DNA of 32,000 nucleotides, from NCBI GenBank assembly GCA_054661495.1, contig BAAFSQ010000013.1:30001-62000 (forward strand). The letters are read 5' to 3'. The position numbers were made by a program, and so were the translations under genes. Of the stretch, positions 13,163 through 23,664 are shown piece by piece (positions within the stretch are counted from its first letter, which is position 1; each line of letters begins with the position of its first letter). This DNA is from Zygophlyctis sp. KS116. Taxonomy: Eukaryota; Fungi; Chytridiomycota. A model generated the notes under the pieces. The model did no database searches. It saw nothing but the letters and a program-made list of their open reading frames with translations, and was not told where the DNA came from.

Positions 13163-13937
13163 CTATAGATTATCACAATGGCAAGATTTTTTAAGTTGTC
13201 GTAATTCGTCATTTGCCATTTGCAATTGAGTTTCTAATTCTTGAACTCTGATTGTTAGAGTATGATTTAACACTGTGGCTTCTTGTGCGTGCCTTTCCAA
13301 ATCTTGTAGTAGAAACTTTCGTTTCTTTCGACAGCGTGAAGCTTTGTATAAATCCAAAAAAAATTTACCTGCTTGGCGATTTTTCTCTAATGTAATGCGA
13401 CGTTTCTCTTCGCTGGACAAAATTTGACTATTTTTTTTCCTTTTATGGCCTCCAGTTGATGATTGATTGCTTCGTGAAGAACTTGAATGACTCAAATTTC
13501 CTTTATAATACTCGTCATCTTTTTGATCTTTGATTTAATCTATTTTAATACCTGAAATTTTTAAACTAGAATTAGCAGTGGGACCCAAGGTTGCACTGGT
13601 TTCAGTACAAGAATAAGAGTCAAAAGAAATTTGTGGTCGCAAACTCTCAAATTCTTCAAATCCTCCACAACCTTGAATTAGAACGCGAATTATAGATTAT
13701 ACCAGGATTTGGAGCTACATGATGAGCATGTTCAAATGGGAATTCATGATGATGGACTATAGATGGTGCTGACATGGAGTGATGTGCGTCTGTGTAATTT
13801 CCTTCAAACATATCTGTAATCGTAAACGCGAAAATTACCTGGTCCAAACTGAAAGGCTGGATAATCATTAATATATCTGGAGGTATCATTATCAAGGCCT
13901 ACTTTTATATCATTTTGTAGAATAGGATACCCTGCAT
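13163..13937 (-). CDS. ATF/CREB-type bZIP transcription factor
   Basis: Spliced EEKRRITLEKNRQAASRCRKKRK followed by a leucine zipper. Introns 13899-13930, 13814-13838, 13672-13702, 13528-13551, 13342-13368 give one open frame. Confidence 0.88.
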
Positions 13938-14118
13938 TCCTATGTATTATTTAGAATTATCAATTTTCCTCGCGAAAAACAAAAGATTAAATTCCGATTG
14001 TAGAAAGAGATTCGGCAAATAAATTTCCTTAACAAATACAATTACTTTTATGTGAGATTTGACAAGATTTTCCATCCAAAGAATCATCTGCAAGTGGCCC
14101 TAGTCCAAGAATTTGAAA

Positions 14119-14829
14119 ATGACTTCTGATCAAGATCCTAGAAAACTTATACCTCAGCTATGCAATCAGTTTTATCATTTAGGATGGGTGACTGGAACGG
14201 GTGGTGGGATTTCTATTAGATCTGGTAATCGCATCTATATTGCTCCTTCTGGTGTTCAAAAAGAACGGATGGAATCTCATCACTTATATATATTAGATTT
14301 AGATCTAAATATAATAGAATCTCCTTCGCCGGCCTTGGGATTTAAGCCATCGCAATGCACTCCGCTATTCTTTAATGCATTTCAACTTAGAGATTCTGGT
14401 GCCTGCATTCATACACACTCTCAAAATGCAGTCATGGCGACTTTAATTTTTGATCGAGAATTTAGAATTACTCATCAGGAAATGATTAAAGGGATAAGAA
14501 GGGGATCTTCAAAAACAAATTTAACATACTACGATACATGTGTAGTTCCGATTATAGAAAATACAGCTCAAGAAGAAGATTTGAAAGATAGAATGTTGCA
14601 AGCAATGTTGAATTATCCTGATACAAATGCTGTTTTGGTAAGAAGGCATGGAGTATATGTTTGGGGTGAATCTTGGTAAAAATGATTTATTTATTGATTT
14701 AGGGAGAAGGCAAAGACTATGACTGAATGCTATGATTACTTGTTTGAGATCGCTTTAAAAATGAAAAGTATCAATATAGATCCTGAAAAAATCCCGGATT
14801 CTAGCGAATATAAACATTTGTGTCAATAA
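14119..14829 (+). CDS. MDE1: Methylthioribulose-1-phosphate dehydratase (APIP/Mde1/MtnB)
   Basis: [42 protein letters not shown]. Intron 14676-14702. Confidence 0.96.
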
Positions 14830-14869
14830 ATTGTTTTCGGACTAATAGATTATTTCCCTATTTATCACA

Positions 14870-15448
14870 ATGACGACTGCATTAAATCAATCCAAAAAAT
14901 TACACTCATATGTTCTGGTTCAGAAAATGTTGCTTCTTGCAGACTTGCTGTTGACACTTTTGTCCGAAAGTCAGAAACATATATTTTTCATTGTTGGTGG
15001 TTGTTATTTCCTACAATTCGTTTGCTTAGTTGCCAATATCCTTCTTCTTCTTGTACTATTCACAAATACTTATGCTTTCAAAGCGGGAGTGGTAAAAGTT
15101 ATGCTGAAAGAATTTCAAGGAACCTTGATTGCATATACAATTTACTTTATCATATTTTTCGTGACAAGATTAAATGGAGGGGTAAGAGCTGCACATCTAA
15201 ATTAAAGATGCTCTTTTGGAACTGTTTTAATAAGGCATGCTCTATCTGGACGCCAAATTATGTTGCATTGTATACGATTTTTCGTCTAGGTACGTAGAAA
15301 TAATCTCAGAGAATAGCCGCAATTATGTATTATTTTGCAATTCTACATTCCTCATATAAAATCTGTGATCCAAAGTAATATAATTCAAGCTAACTGTAGG
15401 TATTATTCAGATTCGGAATGGCTACGATATAGGCTTCGTCATTCATAG
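14870..15448 (+). CDS. TMEM138: Ciliary membrane protein TMEM138
   Basis: FTNTYAFKAG...KEFQGTLI, IWT, FRLAAIMYY, DPKYYSDSEWLR match recalled TMEM138 motifs. Introns 15182-15207, 15290-15316, 15375-15399. Confidence 0.85.
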
Positions 15449-15477
15449 TTAAATAAGCTTGAATAAATTTGATTTGA

Positions 15478-17317
15478 CTATTCAAAAGATGTTCCAGATA
15501 AATGATACTCCAATTCATCCATACCTTGTTGATCATCACTATCTTCCCATTCTTGATAGATATCAATTATCCTTTTTTTAGAAATCGGTAGATTGAGAGG
15601 ATCAAATGGGAAAAAAGATTCTAGCCTTTCTAGAACTAGTGATGACGTGATTATTTCTGATTCTACTTTTTCAACAACTTCGCTTGTTCCAGGAATCCTC
15701 ATGTCGGATGACATAAAAGGATAGCAGTATAACATATTGTAAGAATGTGTGATGCGTGCGAATTCTTCAATGATGTGTTTGGAGCATACCTTGAACGGAC
15801 ACAGTTTACTAGTAAGTACTTTTTGGAATGAAGCTAATTCAATTGGTAATTGTCCAGTTGATAAATCTAAGTCTATCAGTTGCTTCCATCTAAAGCAGAA
15901 TAAATATATGATTGCTTGTACGATAGAATAGAATATTCCGTGTTTTGCAATAGTTTTTCTAGTAACAAGTCCTTGTGTATAAGTATCAACATACTTTAGA
16001 GCACATTGATTCAAAAGGCGAATACATGCTTTCGCGGAAACTTGATCAATAAATTTGGCCCTAGCTACAAAACTCGCAAGATACGATGCAGCTGCAATTC
16101 GTGTTACTGTTGGTTGTGAAAAATCCAAAATTTTCCCAGCTAAAAGTCCCATAAAATCATCTGCAAATGTATCTCGAAGAGAAGCAATGTAAAAGTACAA
16201 AAACTGCACACATCGTAAACGATGAGTTGATAATATAAGAGAATCAAAAATAGTCAACAATTCTTGGAAAAATTCATGATCCTCCTTCAATCGCAGATAA
16301 ACCATTCCCATCAAGAGATCAATCATATTATCCAGCTTCAATAAAAGATCTTTAAAATCCATTGAGATAGGAGTGATGTTATAATCATCATCAGAGTCCA
16401 TATCTAGATCATCTGAACAAGAATCAACACTAGATTCTTTATCATTCGGCTCTATAGAATTATTATCCCAATCCTCAGGATCCAAATCATCCAATTCTGT
16501 TTGAATTTCAGTCTAAAATTAAAAAGCGGAGTTCTTACATCTATCTGAATCAACTTTTCAATAATTAATTTCCAGATTCCTGATCTAATATCCGGACAAT
16601 AACTTTCTAGCTCAAGCAAGCTTATCAGATAATTCTTATGCGTTTTAAGAGGTTCTGTCTTGTGTGGGAAATTAACAATCACAAACTCCAGAATAAATTG
16701 TGGTCCTGATGGTACCAGCTTTAATACACCTTCCAGAATAGGATGAATATACTTGTGATGTTCAGTATCCGTTTCATTTCCAAATGAATCTATAATTAGC
16801 CTGTGTATGTAATACCAAATCTAAAATGTTTAACCAACATTTCCACTACTTTTAAAGTGTATATTGGCTGGGCAGAAACTAAAATTTCCAAAAATTGATG
16901 ATAAGCTAAAATCAATTCTGGTTTTTTATGAATCCAATCCATTTGTATCAGTAAATCGATAAGATGCTGACAATTTCTGGTCAATTGTGAACCAATAGTT
17001 GTGAACGCACCAATCACAACAAGAAATTCATCATCATTTAAATCCTTTTTGAGTGCATCCACCATACCAAAATACATTGATGACTGACCTGACTTTCTAT
17101 GACTTATAGCCGATATGATTTTGTGAGTGAATGTTGCAATACTAGAAAAATCAGTCTGTGCCACAAAAGAAAGAGACATTGGCTCATCTTTTTTCTTAAA
17201 TTCAAGAATCTGTAAATGATCATCAAAGGTAACCTTTTTTGAGTGTTCTTTAGCCTCAATCTTGATTGCATGGCTTCCCGCTTGCTGTTCAATGGCTTCA
17301 CCTGGCAGCGACGGCAT
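15478..17317 (-). CDS. RRN3: RNA polymerase I initiation factor Rrn3 (TIF-IA)
   Basis: KKVTF, FPHK, IIEKLIQIDTEIQ, acidic loop, KLD, VQFLYF, AASYLASFVARA, FYSIVQAIIYLFCFRW, LESFFPFDP. Introns 16790-16815, 16513-16538. Confidence 0.93.
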
Positions 17318-17346
17318 AAGGAAAATTTGTGGATGACGTTTCACAA

Positions 17347-19014
17347 ATGAATCAAGATCCGTTATATCAGTGGAGAAAGCATTCGGGATTCAAAAAAGGC
17401 CTTGCAACTGACATAGTTTTAGGCGATCTTAGTAAATGGTCTGGAACAGCACAGTATGAGTCTACCATGCATTCGGATTTTAATGCTTATCAGTCGAAAT
17501 CAGATCAAAACCATACAGTATCAATGATTAAGAAGAAGGGAGAACATAATATCTCTTTTGGAGATAGAAAAACTGATAATAATGCCAGATTTGAAAGTTT
17601 AACGGCAAAAGATTTTAAACCGCCGCCAGCAGACAATGGCACGCTCAATTCTAACTTGACAAGATCTAATGCGATTGAAAGACATCATAGAAAACCTATT
17701 AATGCAACAAGCTCTGCTCATATTGGTTTGCAAACTCGAAAAGATCTACCGATTGACGACAAACATTTCAAGTGTTTTACAACTTCTAGTGGTGATGCAT
17801 ATGTTAATTTTTCTAATCAAATCAAGGGGCCTAAAGATATTATTAAAACAAAGGGTTCAAGTATTCAACAAGGAGATCTGAATCATTTTTCCAATTATAC
17901 AACAATGCAGGCTCATTCTTATGTTTTGCATCCAAATGAAGCATATCATATTCAACATACCAAAATTCCTCATACAAAGACATCTATTGTTTTAGGACAA
18001 AGGTACAATGCCCCAAAATGTGTAGGCGATGACGACATTTATACTTCAACATCTTCGGCGACATACCAGGCAAAGGAAAATAACCAGCAAGAAGTAGCAA
18101 AACCACGGCTAAATAGCTCAATTGTTTTTGGAGAATTTAGAAAAAAAATGTCAGATCCTTCAGTGACGCAAAGAGACTATAAAATGCATGACAAAGGTGT
18201 CGTCCATGAAGCAAATACAAAGACCTCAAAAACAGCATCTCGGAATAGTAGTGGGATGATCAATGCTTTTGCGCCTGATCCACAATCTAAATTACATTCT
18301 GAATCTTGTACTTCTTTAGCATATAAAACACCTTCTCATATAAATCATGATAGATCAGCGGGTCTAGTATTTGGAAGTAAAGTGAGTAATGGAAATCTAT
18401 CATCTATTCCTTTTGGGGACCCACAAGGATATCCTATTGGAATGTTTAATACTACAAATGGTAATGATTTTAACGCCCATTATGGAGTTCATGTTTCACA
18501 TCCCGTTTTGGGAGCTAAATTAACAAAATCTCAAGTAACGTTTGGCGAACAGGGAGGCCCCATGGATGCTGAAGATAGATACAGTAGTACGACACATTTG
18601 GCCTTTGTTCAACATCCAGAGTCGATTGCAGCACTTGGACGTGGTGTACCTATTAAACATGCGGCCACTTTAAAGGATAATGATGATCCAGATTATTCAA
18701 TGGGGAAAAACTCTACTACTCATGCTGACCACTATAAACTCCCAAAATTAACTACAGAGCGTGTATATGGACGAACAGCAGCAAAGACTGTTCCACCTAA
18801 AATGCTCTTTCCTCTTGGGTCTCAAACGGACGTTTATGGAACAGTCACTGCTGATTCTTTCAATTCTCGTCAAGGATTATTTTTTAATAATGCTCAAGTA
18901 ACTCAAGAAGCACATAAAAAGGCTATTTTGCGACAATTAAGAACAAAAAGCTCTGTTGCATTTGGTGATCCATCTTTAACATATTTCGGTGATCGAGAAA
19001 CAATAAAATCTTAA
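17347..19014 (+). CDS. Axonemal microtubule-inner/stabiliser protein, SAXO5/TEX45-like, intronless
   Basis: Recurrent SS(I/V)xFG(D/E) followed by (S/T)Txxx(D/S)(F/Y) Mn-like motifs (ESTMHSDF, ESLTAKDF, SVTQRDY, TTNGNDF, STTHLAF). The family call is from motif recall only. Confidence 0.6.
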   Translation: MNQDPLYQWRKHSGFKKGLATDIVLGDLSKWSGTAQYESTMHSDFNAYQSKSDQNHTVSMIKKKGEHNISFGDRKTDNNARFESLTAKDFKPPPADNGTLNSNLTRSNAIERHHRKPINATSSAHIGLQTRKDLPIDDKHFKCFTTSSGDAYVNFSNQIKGPKDIIKTKGSSIQQGDLNHFSNYTTMQAHSYVLHPNEAYHIQHTKIPHTKTSIVLGQRYNAPKCVGDDDIYTSTSSATYQAKENNQQEVAKPRLNSSIVFGEFRKKMSDPSVTQRDYKMHDKGVVHEANTKTSKTASRNSSGMINAFAPDPQSKLHSESCTSLAYKTPSHINHDRSAGLVFGSKVSNGNLSSIPFGDPQGYPIGMFNTTNGNDFNAHYGVHVSHPVLGAKLTKSQVTFGEQGGPMDAEDRYSSTTHLAFVQHPESIAALGRGVPIKHAATLKDNDDPDYSMGKNSTTHADHYKLPKLTTERVYGRTAAKTVPPKMLFPLGSQTDVYGTVTADSFNSRQGLFFNNAQVTQEAHKKAILRQLRTKSSVAFGDPSLTYFGDRETIKS

Positions 19015-19417
19015 GAATCCCCAAAAAGCTTTTGAATTCTTTTGAGTACAGAGTCTTGAGTTGGATCATATGGATGATCTTTTGATGGGATTTCAAGAAT
19101 AGTAGGAAATGCAGCCGAATATTCATCCATAAGCGGCCGAATCAGATTTGCAACTTGTTGAGTAATTAAAACAATCGCCATATCCTTCCTTCCCGTAAAC
19201 TCCTCAAACGCTGCCTCGACGGTTGCCAGTGGAGTTTCTAGTATTAACAATTCATATATTACTGGCATCTACAATCAAGAAATTAGGTTTCTGCTTTGAA
19301 TCGATATGTCCCATTCCCTAAAATTTAATAGAAACTGCTTACTGCCAGTAACATTCCAGTAACAGAGTCTTCATCCCCCATTATACTCATTAAAACTCTA
19401 TTCTTCTGCAATGACAT
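19011..19417 (-). CDS. VMA7: V-ATPase subunit F
   Basis: MGDEDSVTGMLLAGMG, NFLIVD, LEIPSKDHPYDPTQDSVL. Introns 19318-19342, 19238-19262. Confidence 0.96.
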
Positions 19418-19522
19418 GATGCTAGTCACAGATGTTGCACTTTTTAACCAAGGGCTAGTGGGAAGGCGTGAATATATGTCTCCATTGATTTTATTATTAG
19501 ATTTATGATTAGATTTTATCTT

Positions 19523-20365
19523 TTACAGTGTAAAAAGAACAATCAACAAAACTACCAACAGTATGATCAGACCTACAATACAGACTTGTTGTTTTGTATC
19601 AGCATTTGCGTTAATAAACTCTTTCATTCTCTTTAAACCAGAATCTAAATTATTTGTAGTATTATCTACTTTCAACTCTATGTGATCAATTAGTCTAGAT
19701 TGTTCATCTAATTCGTTCCCCAGGACTGTAGCAATTTCTTTTAAATTTACAACTGTTGATGCAACTGCCTGGATTTCTTTATCTTGTTCTTTCATGATTT
19801 GTGCCTGAGTACCAGACTCTTTTTCAAAAAAATTCTTGGAATCTTGTTTTTCCTTTGGCTCTTTGAAATTAGGATTGTGATTCTTCCTTGTCAGCAATGC
19901 CTTGATTTAATTTTGATAAACTTTTACATCTCGCATCCCCTTTTCTCCTCCTAAATGCGCATTTGGATTATTAATTGAAATCCGCATGTCCTAAAATGGC
20001 TTAAATTTCTTAATAAATACCTGAATATCTTTTTTTGATTGAGTGATAAAGTCTTTTCGTTGTTCAACTTGAGATTTATCAAGATTGAAATTTGCAGGAT
20101 TTACTTGAACCACCTATTTTTATTTTATCAAACCCACCTTGATAGTTTCATCTAAATCAACCAAATCCTCATCAGCTAATTTTAAAAGAGTTCTTAAATC
20201 AGTTGAAATTTTCTTGATTTCGGACTCTGGTTTTTTCAGGGCAATTGATTCATTAAACTGACTGAATAGAATTTTAGCCTTTTTCAATGTTTTTTCAACG
20301 TCTCTAGATATTAATATACTTTATTACTCTTTGACTTCTATGAATGGATCATTATCGGACATCAT
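19523..20365 (-). CDS. TLG1: Qc-SNARE syntaxin-6/Tlg1
   Basis: N-terminal DPF..VK, DL.DL.ETI.VV..NP..F, SNARE motif EQD...GNELDEQ, C-terminal TM. Introns 20304-20327, 20114-20137, 19991-20020, 19901-19927. Confidence 0.9.
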
Positions 20366-20570
20366 TTTTCAATTCGGAAATTTTAGAATCTTTTTCCGCC
20401 ATTTAAACAATTCAATTCTAGATTTTGATTCCTCAATTTAAATTACAGTTGAATTTAAAACTTTACCCGTAAATATAGATTGTTTTAGCATGTTGAATTC
20501 ATGTTTGTGAACCGACACCTAAACCACCACTTTAAAAAGCAAAAAACATTGAAGGGTTACATTTAAAAAA

Positions 20571-20646
20571 TCCTAAAATGATGATGATCTACAATACTGA
20601 TCTTTACGAAAAGAAGAATCTTAACCACCAAGATCTCTGATTAGGA
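20571..20646 (+). ncRNA. Box C/D snoRNA, U24/snR24 family
   Basis: Terminal stem TCCTAA/TTAGGA, box C ATGATGA (20578), D' CTGA (20597), box D CTGA (20637). Guide ACCACCAAGATCT is complementary to the conserved LSU rRNA AGAUCUUGGUGGU, as in U24/snR24. Confidence 0.85.
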
Positions 20647-20715
20647 AACTGAAAATTTTTCAGGTTTCAAGAGTGTGTCACACTTGTCATGTTACAAAAA
20701 ACATTAAAAATAAAA

Positions 20716-21231
20716 ATGAATTTGATCTTGATTCTATGTTTAGTTATTTCCATTGTTTTGGGGAAAGATGCAAGCACTGATGCTAGAATCCAATCTACTT
20801 ATACCACTCTGATGAGAGATTTTCAGCAAGACTTGAGTGCTACTGCTCTTCAATCAGCAAAGGCAGACTTCAATTATCAACACAAAGTCAACACTCCTGC
20901 TAGTCAATTACAAAGCTATGAAACCATTTATAATCAGTATAAGGCACATTCTGATGCAATCTTTGAAACTTTTAAACCAATCGCACATCAAATAATTGAA
21001 AATGCAGCCTACAATAAGAATTATAATTATTACATTTGGAACGAAAAGACTCAATCTTGGCATTTATATGGACGACAAGCTCCAAATCCACCCGTTGATG
21101 GATCAGTCGAAAATTCGAAATTGTTGGGATCAGAATTAAAGGCTGCATGGGTCCAGCTAGTAAATTCTAGTTCCAGATCTAATCGTGGATCGGCAGGTTT
21201 GTCAACATCAATCAAAATGGCCCGTTTCTAG
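20716..21231 (+). CDS. Secreted family member 1 (conserved domain only, no TM)
   Basis: Signal MNLILILCLVISIVLG. FKPIAHQII and YYIWNEKTQSWHL..QAPNPPVDG..ENSK motifs. Confidence 0.8.
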   Translation: MNLILILCLVISIVLGKDASTDARIQSTYTTLMRDFQQDLSATALQSAKADFNYQHKVNTPASQLQSYETIYNQYKAHSDAIFETFKPIAHQIIENAAYNKNYNYYIWNEKTQSWHLYGRQAPNPPVDGSVENSKLLGSELKAAWVQLVNSSSRSNRGSAGLSTSIKMARF

Positions 21232-21418
21232 GGTGGCACGACGTTTCATAAATGTCTTGATAGTAATTCACCCTCAATTGGGCTTTAGAATAGTCTAATA
21301 AGGAAGTTTTGTTGCCGGTTAACAAATAAACTACTAATTCATACTTTTTATAATGTCTCAGAACCAGTAAAACTTTTCAGTTGGTCCGTCAAATTTTCAC
21401 CAGCACGCCCAACTTTAT

Positions 21419-22363
21419 ATGATTGTGGCACTCTTGTATCTAATTGGATTAGTTGCATGCAGAAGCAACCAAATACAAATGATTGATGTCTACTTGAATC
21501 AGATGATGAATAGAATGGATTTTACTCTGGATTATGCATTGGATAAAGCTTTTAGTGTTCAGGCATTTCCTCAGGACGCTGAAGGGGAGATCTTTCAATT
21601 AAAAAAAGCAGTTATCAAGGAGGCACAAGACTTGTATAGACCATTGGCTAAAGCAGTATTGGTTGAATCTTTCACTCCTAAATTGCACAAAAGAGGTGAT
21701 GATGGCATAGATACAGCAAATGTTTTGGACGAGACTGTACCAAGGCAAACACAAATGGGTAAGATTCAATCTGAAGAAAATTATTTTTCTTATAAGGATG
21801 AATTTGTGGAACCATCAAAAATTCCAAAGCCTTCGTTTTGGAGCTTTTGGAAATCGAGTTCAGAAATCCCATCAGTCCGTAGTATAGATTCTGATTTTGA
21901 AGATCCAAATGGAAAAATAACTTTCCATTCATCTCTTAATGATGGAGAATTTGCTCATAAAGTTTCTGATTTTAATCGCAATCTAATGGCACCCAAATCA
22001 CAAAATATCAGACCAGAAACATCTTCTAAATACTTTCAAGAATATCTAAAAGAAAAGGTTTCAGCTCTAGATGAACATTTCCCAGCTGAGAAATCATGGA
22101 ATATGCAGTTACTTGAAAGAGTTAGAAGTTTCTCTTTCAGAATGTACACGAGGTTAAGAGGAGCCTGGAATACAGTAATCATGAAATTAACGTCGGAAAA
22201 ACTATCAGAGTATTCTGGATCAAATTCACATATATCAGATATTTTCCAGGCCGAAACTCTTAAAAAGGCTGGTCTAGTAATCTGTCTTGTTGAAATAGGT
22301 TACCTGACTTATGCCTATTTTTTCAAAAACACTGATAGTATTGGTCATGATTATTTTGATTAA
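21419..22363 (+). CDS. Secreted family member 2 (subtype B): signal peptide, pro-domain, KR|G, variable region, C-terminal hydrophobic helix
   Basis: MIVALLYLIGLVAC, YRPLAKAVL, LHKR|G, AGLVICLVEIGYLTYAYFF. Confidence 0.85.
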   Translation: MIVALLYLIGLVACRSNQIQMIDVYLNQMMNRMDFTLDYALDKAFSVQAFPQDAEGEIFQLKKAVIKEAQDLYRPLAKAVLVESFTPKLHKRGDDGIDTANVLDETVPRQTQMGKIQSEENYFSYKDEFVEPSKIPKPSFWSFWKSSSEIPSVRSIDSDFEDPNGKITFHSSLNDGEFAHKVSDFNRNLMAPKSQNIRPETSSKYFQEYLKEKVSALDEHFPAEKSWNMQLLERVRSFSFRMYTRLRGAWNTVIMKLTSEKLSEYSGSNSHISDIFQAETLKKAGLVICLVEIGYLTYAYFFKNTDSIGHDYFD

Positions 22364-22860
22364 TCTTTCTGCAAGTATTTCAATCGACATCATGACTGTA
22401 CTCAAATTCTTTCAATACAATATTTGATTTAATTGTGAAGCAGTGTTTAGAAATAGTACAATATAGAATTTACTGATCAGTGGTTATAAATCTAACTGAC
22501 CCGTGCCGGTAAAAGCAGTAAAATTTCCCATTGGAAAAAAATGATTGTGGCACTCTTGTATCTAATTGGATTAGTTGCATGCAGAAGCAACCAAATACAA
22601 ATGATTGATGTCTATTTGAATCAGATGATGAATAGAATGGATTTTACTCTGGATTATGCATTGGATAAAGCTTTTAGTGTTCAGGCATTTCCTCAGGACG
22701 CTGAAGGGGAGATCTTTCAATTAAAAAAAGCAGTTATCAAGGAGGCACAAGACTTGTATAGACCATTGGCTAAAGCAGTATTGGTTGAATCTTTCACTCC
22801 TAAATTGCACAAAAGAGGTGATGATGGCATAGATACAGCAAATGTTTTGGAAGAGACTGT
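21419..22860 (+). repeat. Direct repeat pair 21419-21738 / 22541-22860
   Basis: Two mismatches seen by eye in ~320 nt. Identity starts at the ATG. Confidence 0.9.
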
Positions 22861-23467
22861 TACTGAAACATCAAAAGATAAATCAATACCGGTTGCTAAT
22901 GATCCATTTGAAAAGGCTTCAAAATTAGTAAATGCTAACAATGAAAAATCAGTACCTGTTACAGCTAATGATGCTGAAAAAGTGTCTGGGAATGCAAATG
23001 CTGAAAGCATGTTTAAACAGGTGGGCGATGCTATTAAGAATGCAAAAGAAAAAGTTAAAAATGTAGTACCTGGAATTGGAGCAAATTCTCACAGTTCCCA
23101 AGACACTACCAGTGGAATGGCAAAGGCCGTCAATCATATTAATGAGAAGGTTCCAGCAGAAATGTCCTGGAATATAAGAATGACTGAAATGATCAAAAGA
23201 TTTTTTAGTAGAATAGTCCAAAAACTCAAAGATTCTTGGGCAAAAGTTGTCGATGCTTTGAATTTAGGAAAGATTAAGGAATTCTTCAAGGCTAATGAGG
23301 TTGAAAAGGGGGAATCAGCAACAATATTTCAAAAGTTTCAAAGCCTTCTGACTTCAACGTCGATGAAATATGCTGGCTTAGCGATTGCTACGCTTTCTTT
23401 GTCTTATTTGGTCTACAGTTTCTTTTTCAAAAAGGCTGAAATTGATGATCACGAATACTTTGAATAA
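22541..23467 (+). CDS. Secreted family member 3 (subtype B)
   Basis: First ~320 nt nearly identical to member 2. C-terminal AGLAIATLSLSYLVYSFFF. Confidence 0.85.
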   Translation: MIVALLYLIGLVACRSNQIQMIDVYLNQMMNRMDFTLDYALDKAFSVQAFPQDAEGEIFQLKKAVIKEAQDLYRPLAKAVLVESFTPKLHKRGDDGIDTANVLEETVTETSKDKSIPVANDPFEKASKLVNANNEKSVPVTANDAEKVSGNANAESMFKQVGDAIKNAKEKVKNVVPGIGANSHSSQDTTSGMAKAVNHINEKVPAEMSWNIRMTEMIKRFFSRIVQKLKDSWAKVVDALNLGKIKEFFKANEVEKGESATIFQKFQSLLTSTSMKYAGLAIATLSLSYLVYSFFFKKAEIDDHEYFE

Positions 23468-23664
23468 GTAGTAGAATTTAAAATTAGAATTAGAGAAAGA
23501 TTTTAGAAATAATTGAAAATTGAGCATATTTTGTTATCATGGCTCAAGTCACAATATAGACATTTTGCCTGAACAGAAGGAAATCGTATCAAAGGAATGC
23601 AAATTTGGTGTTTCATATTCTTGATAACACCCCTGCAACTGTTCATCTTTTTGATTCTCTTAAA

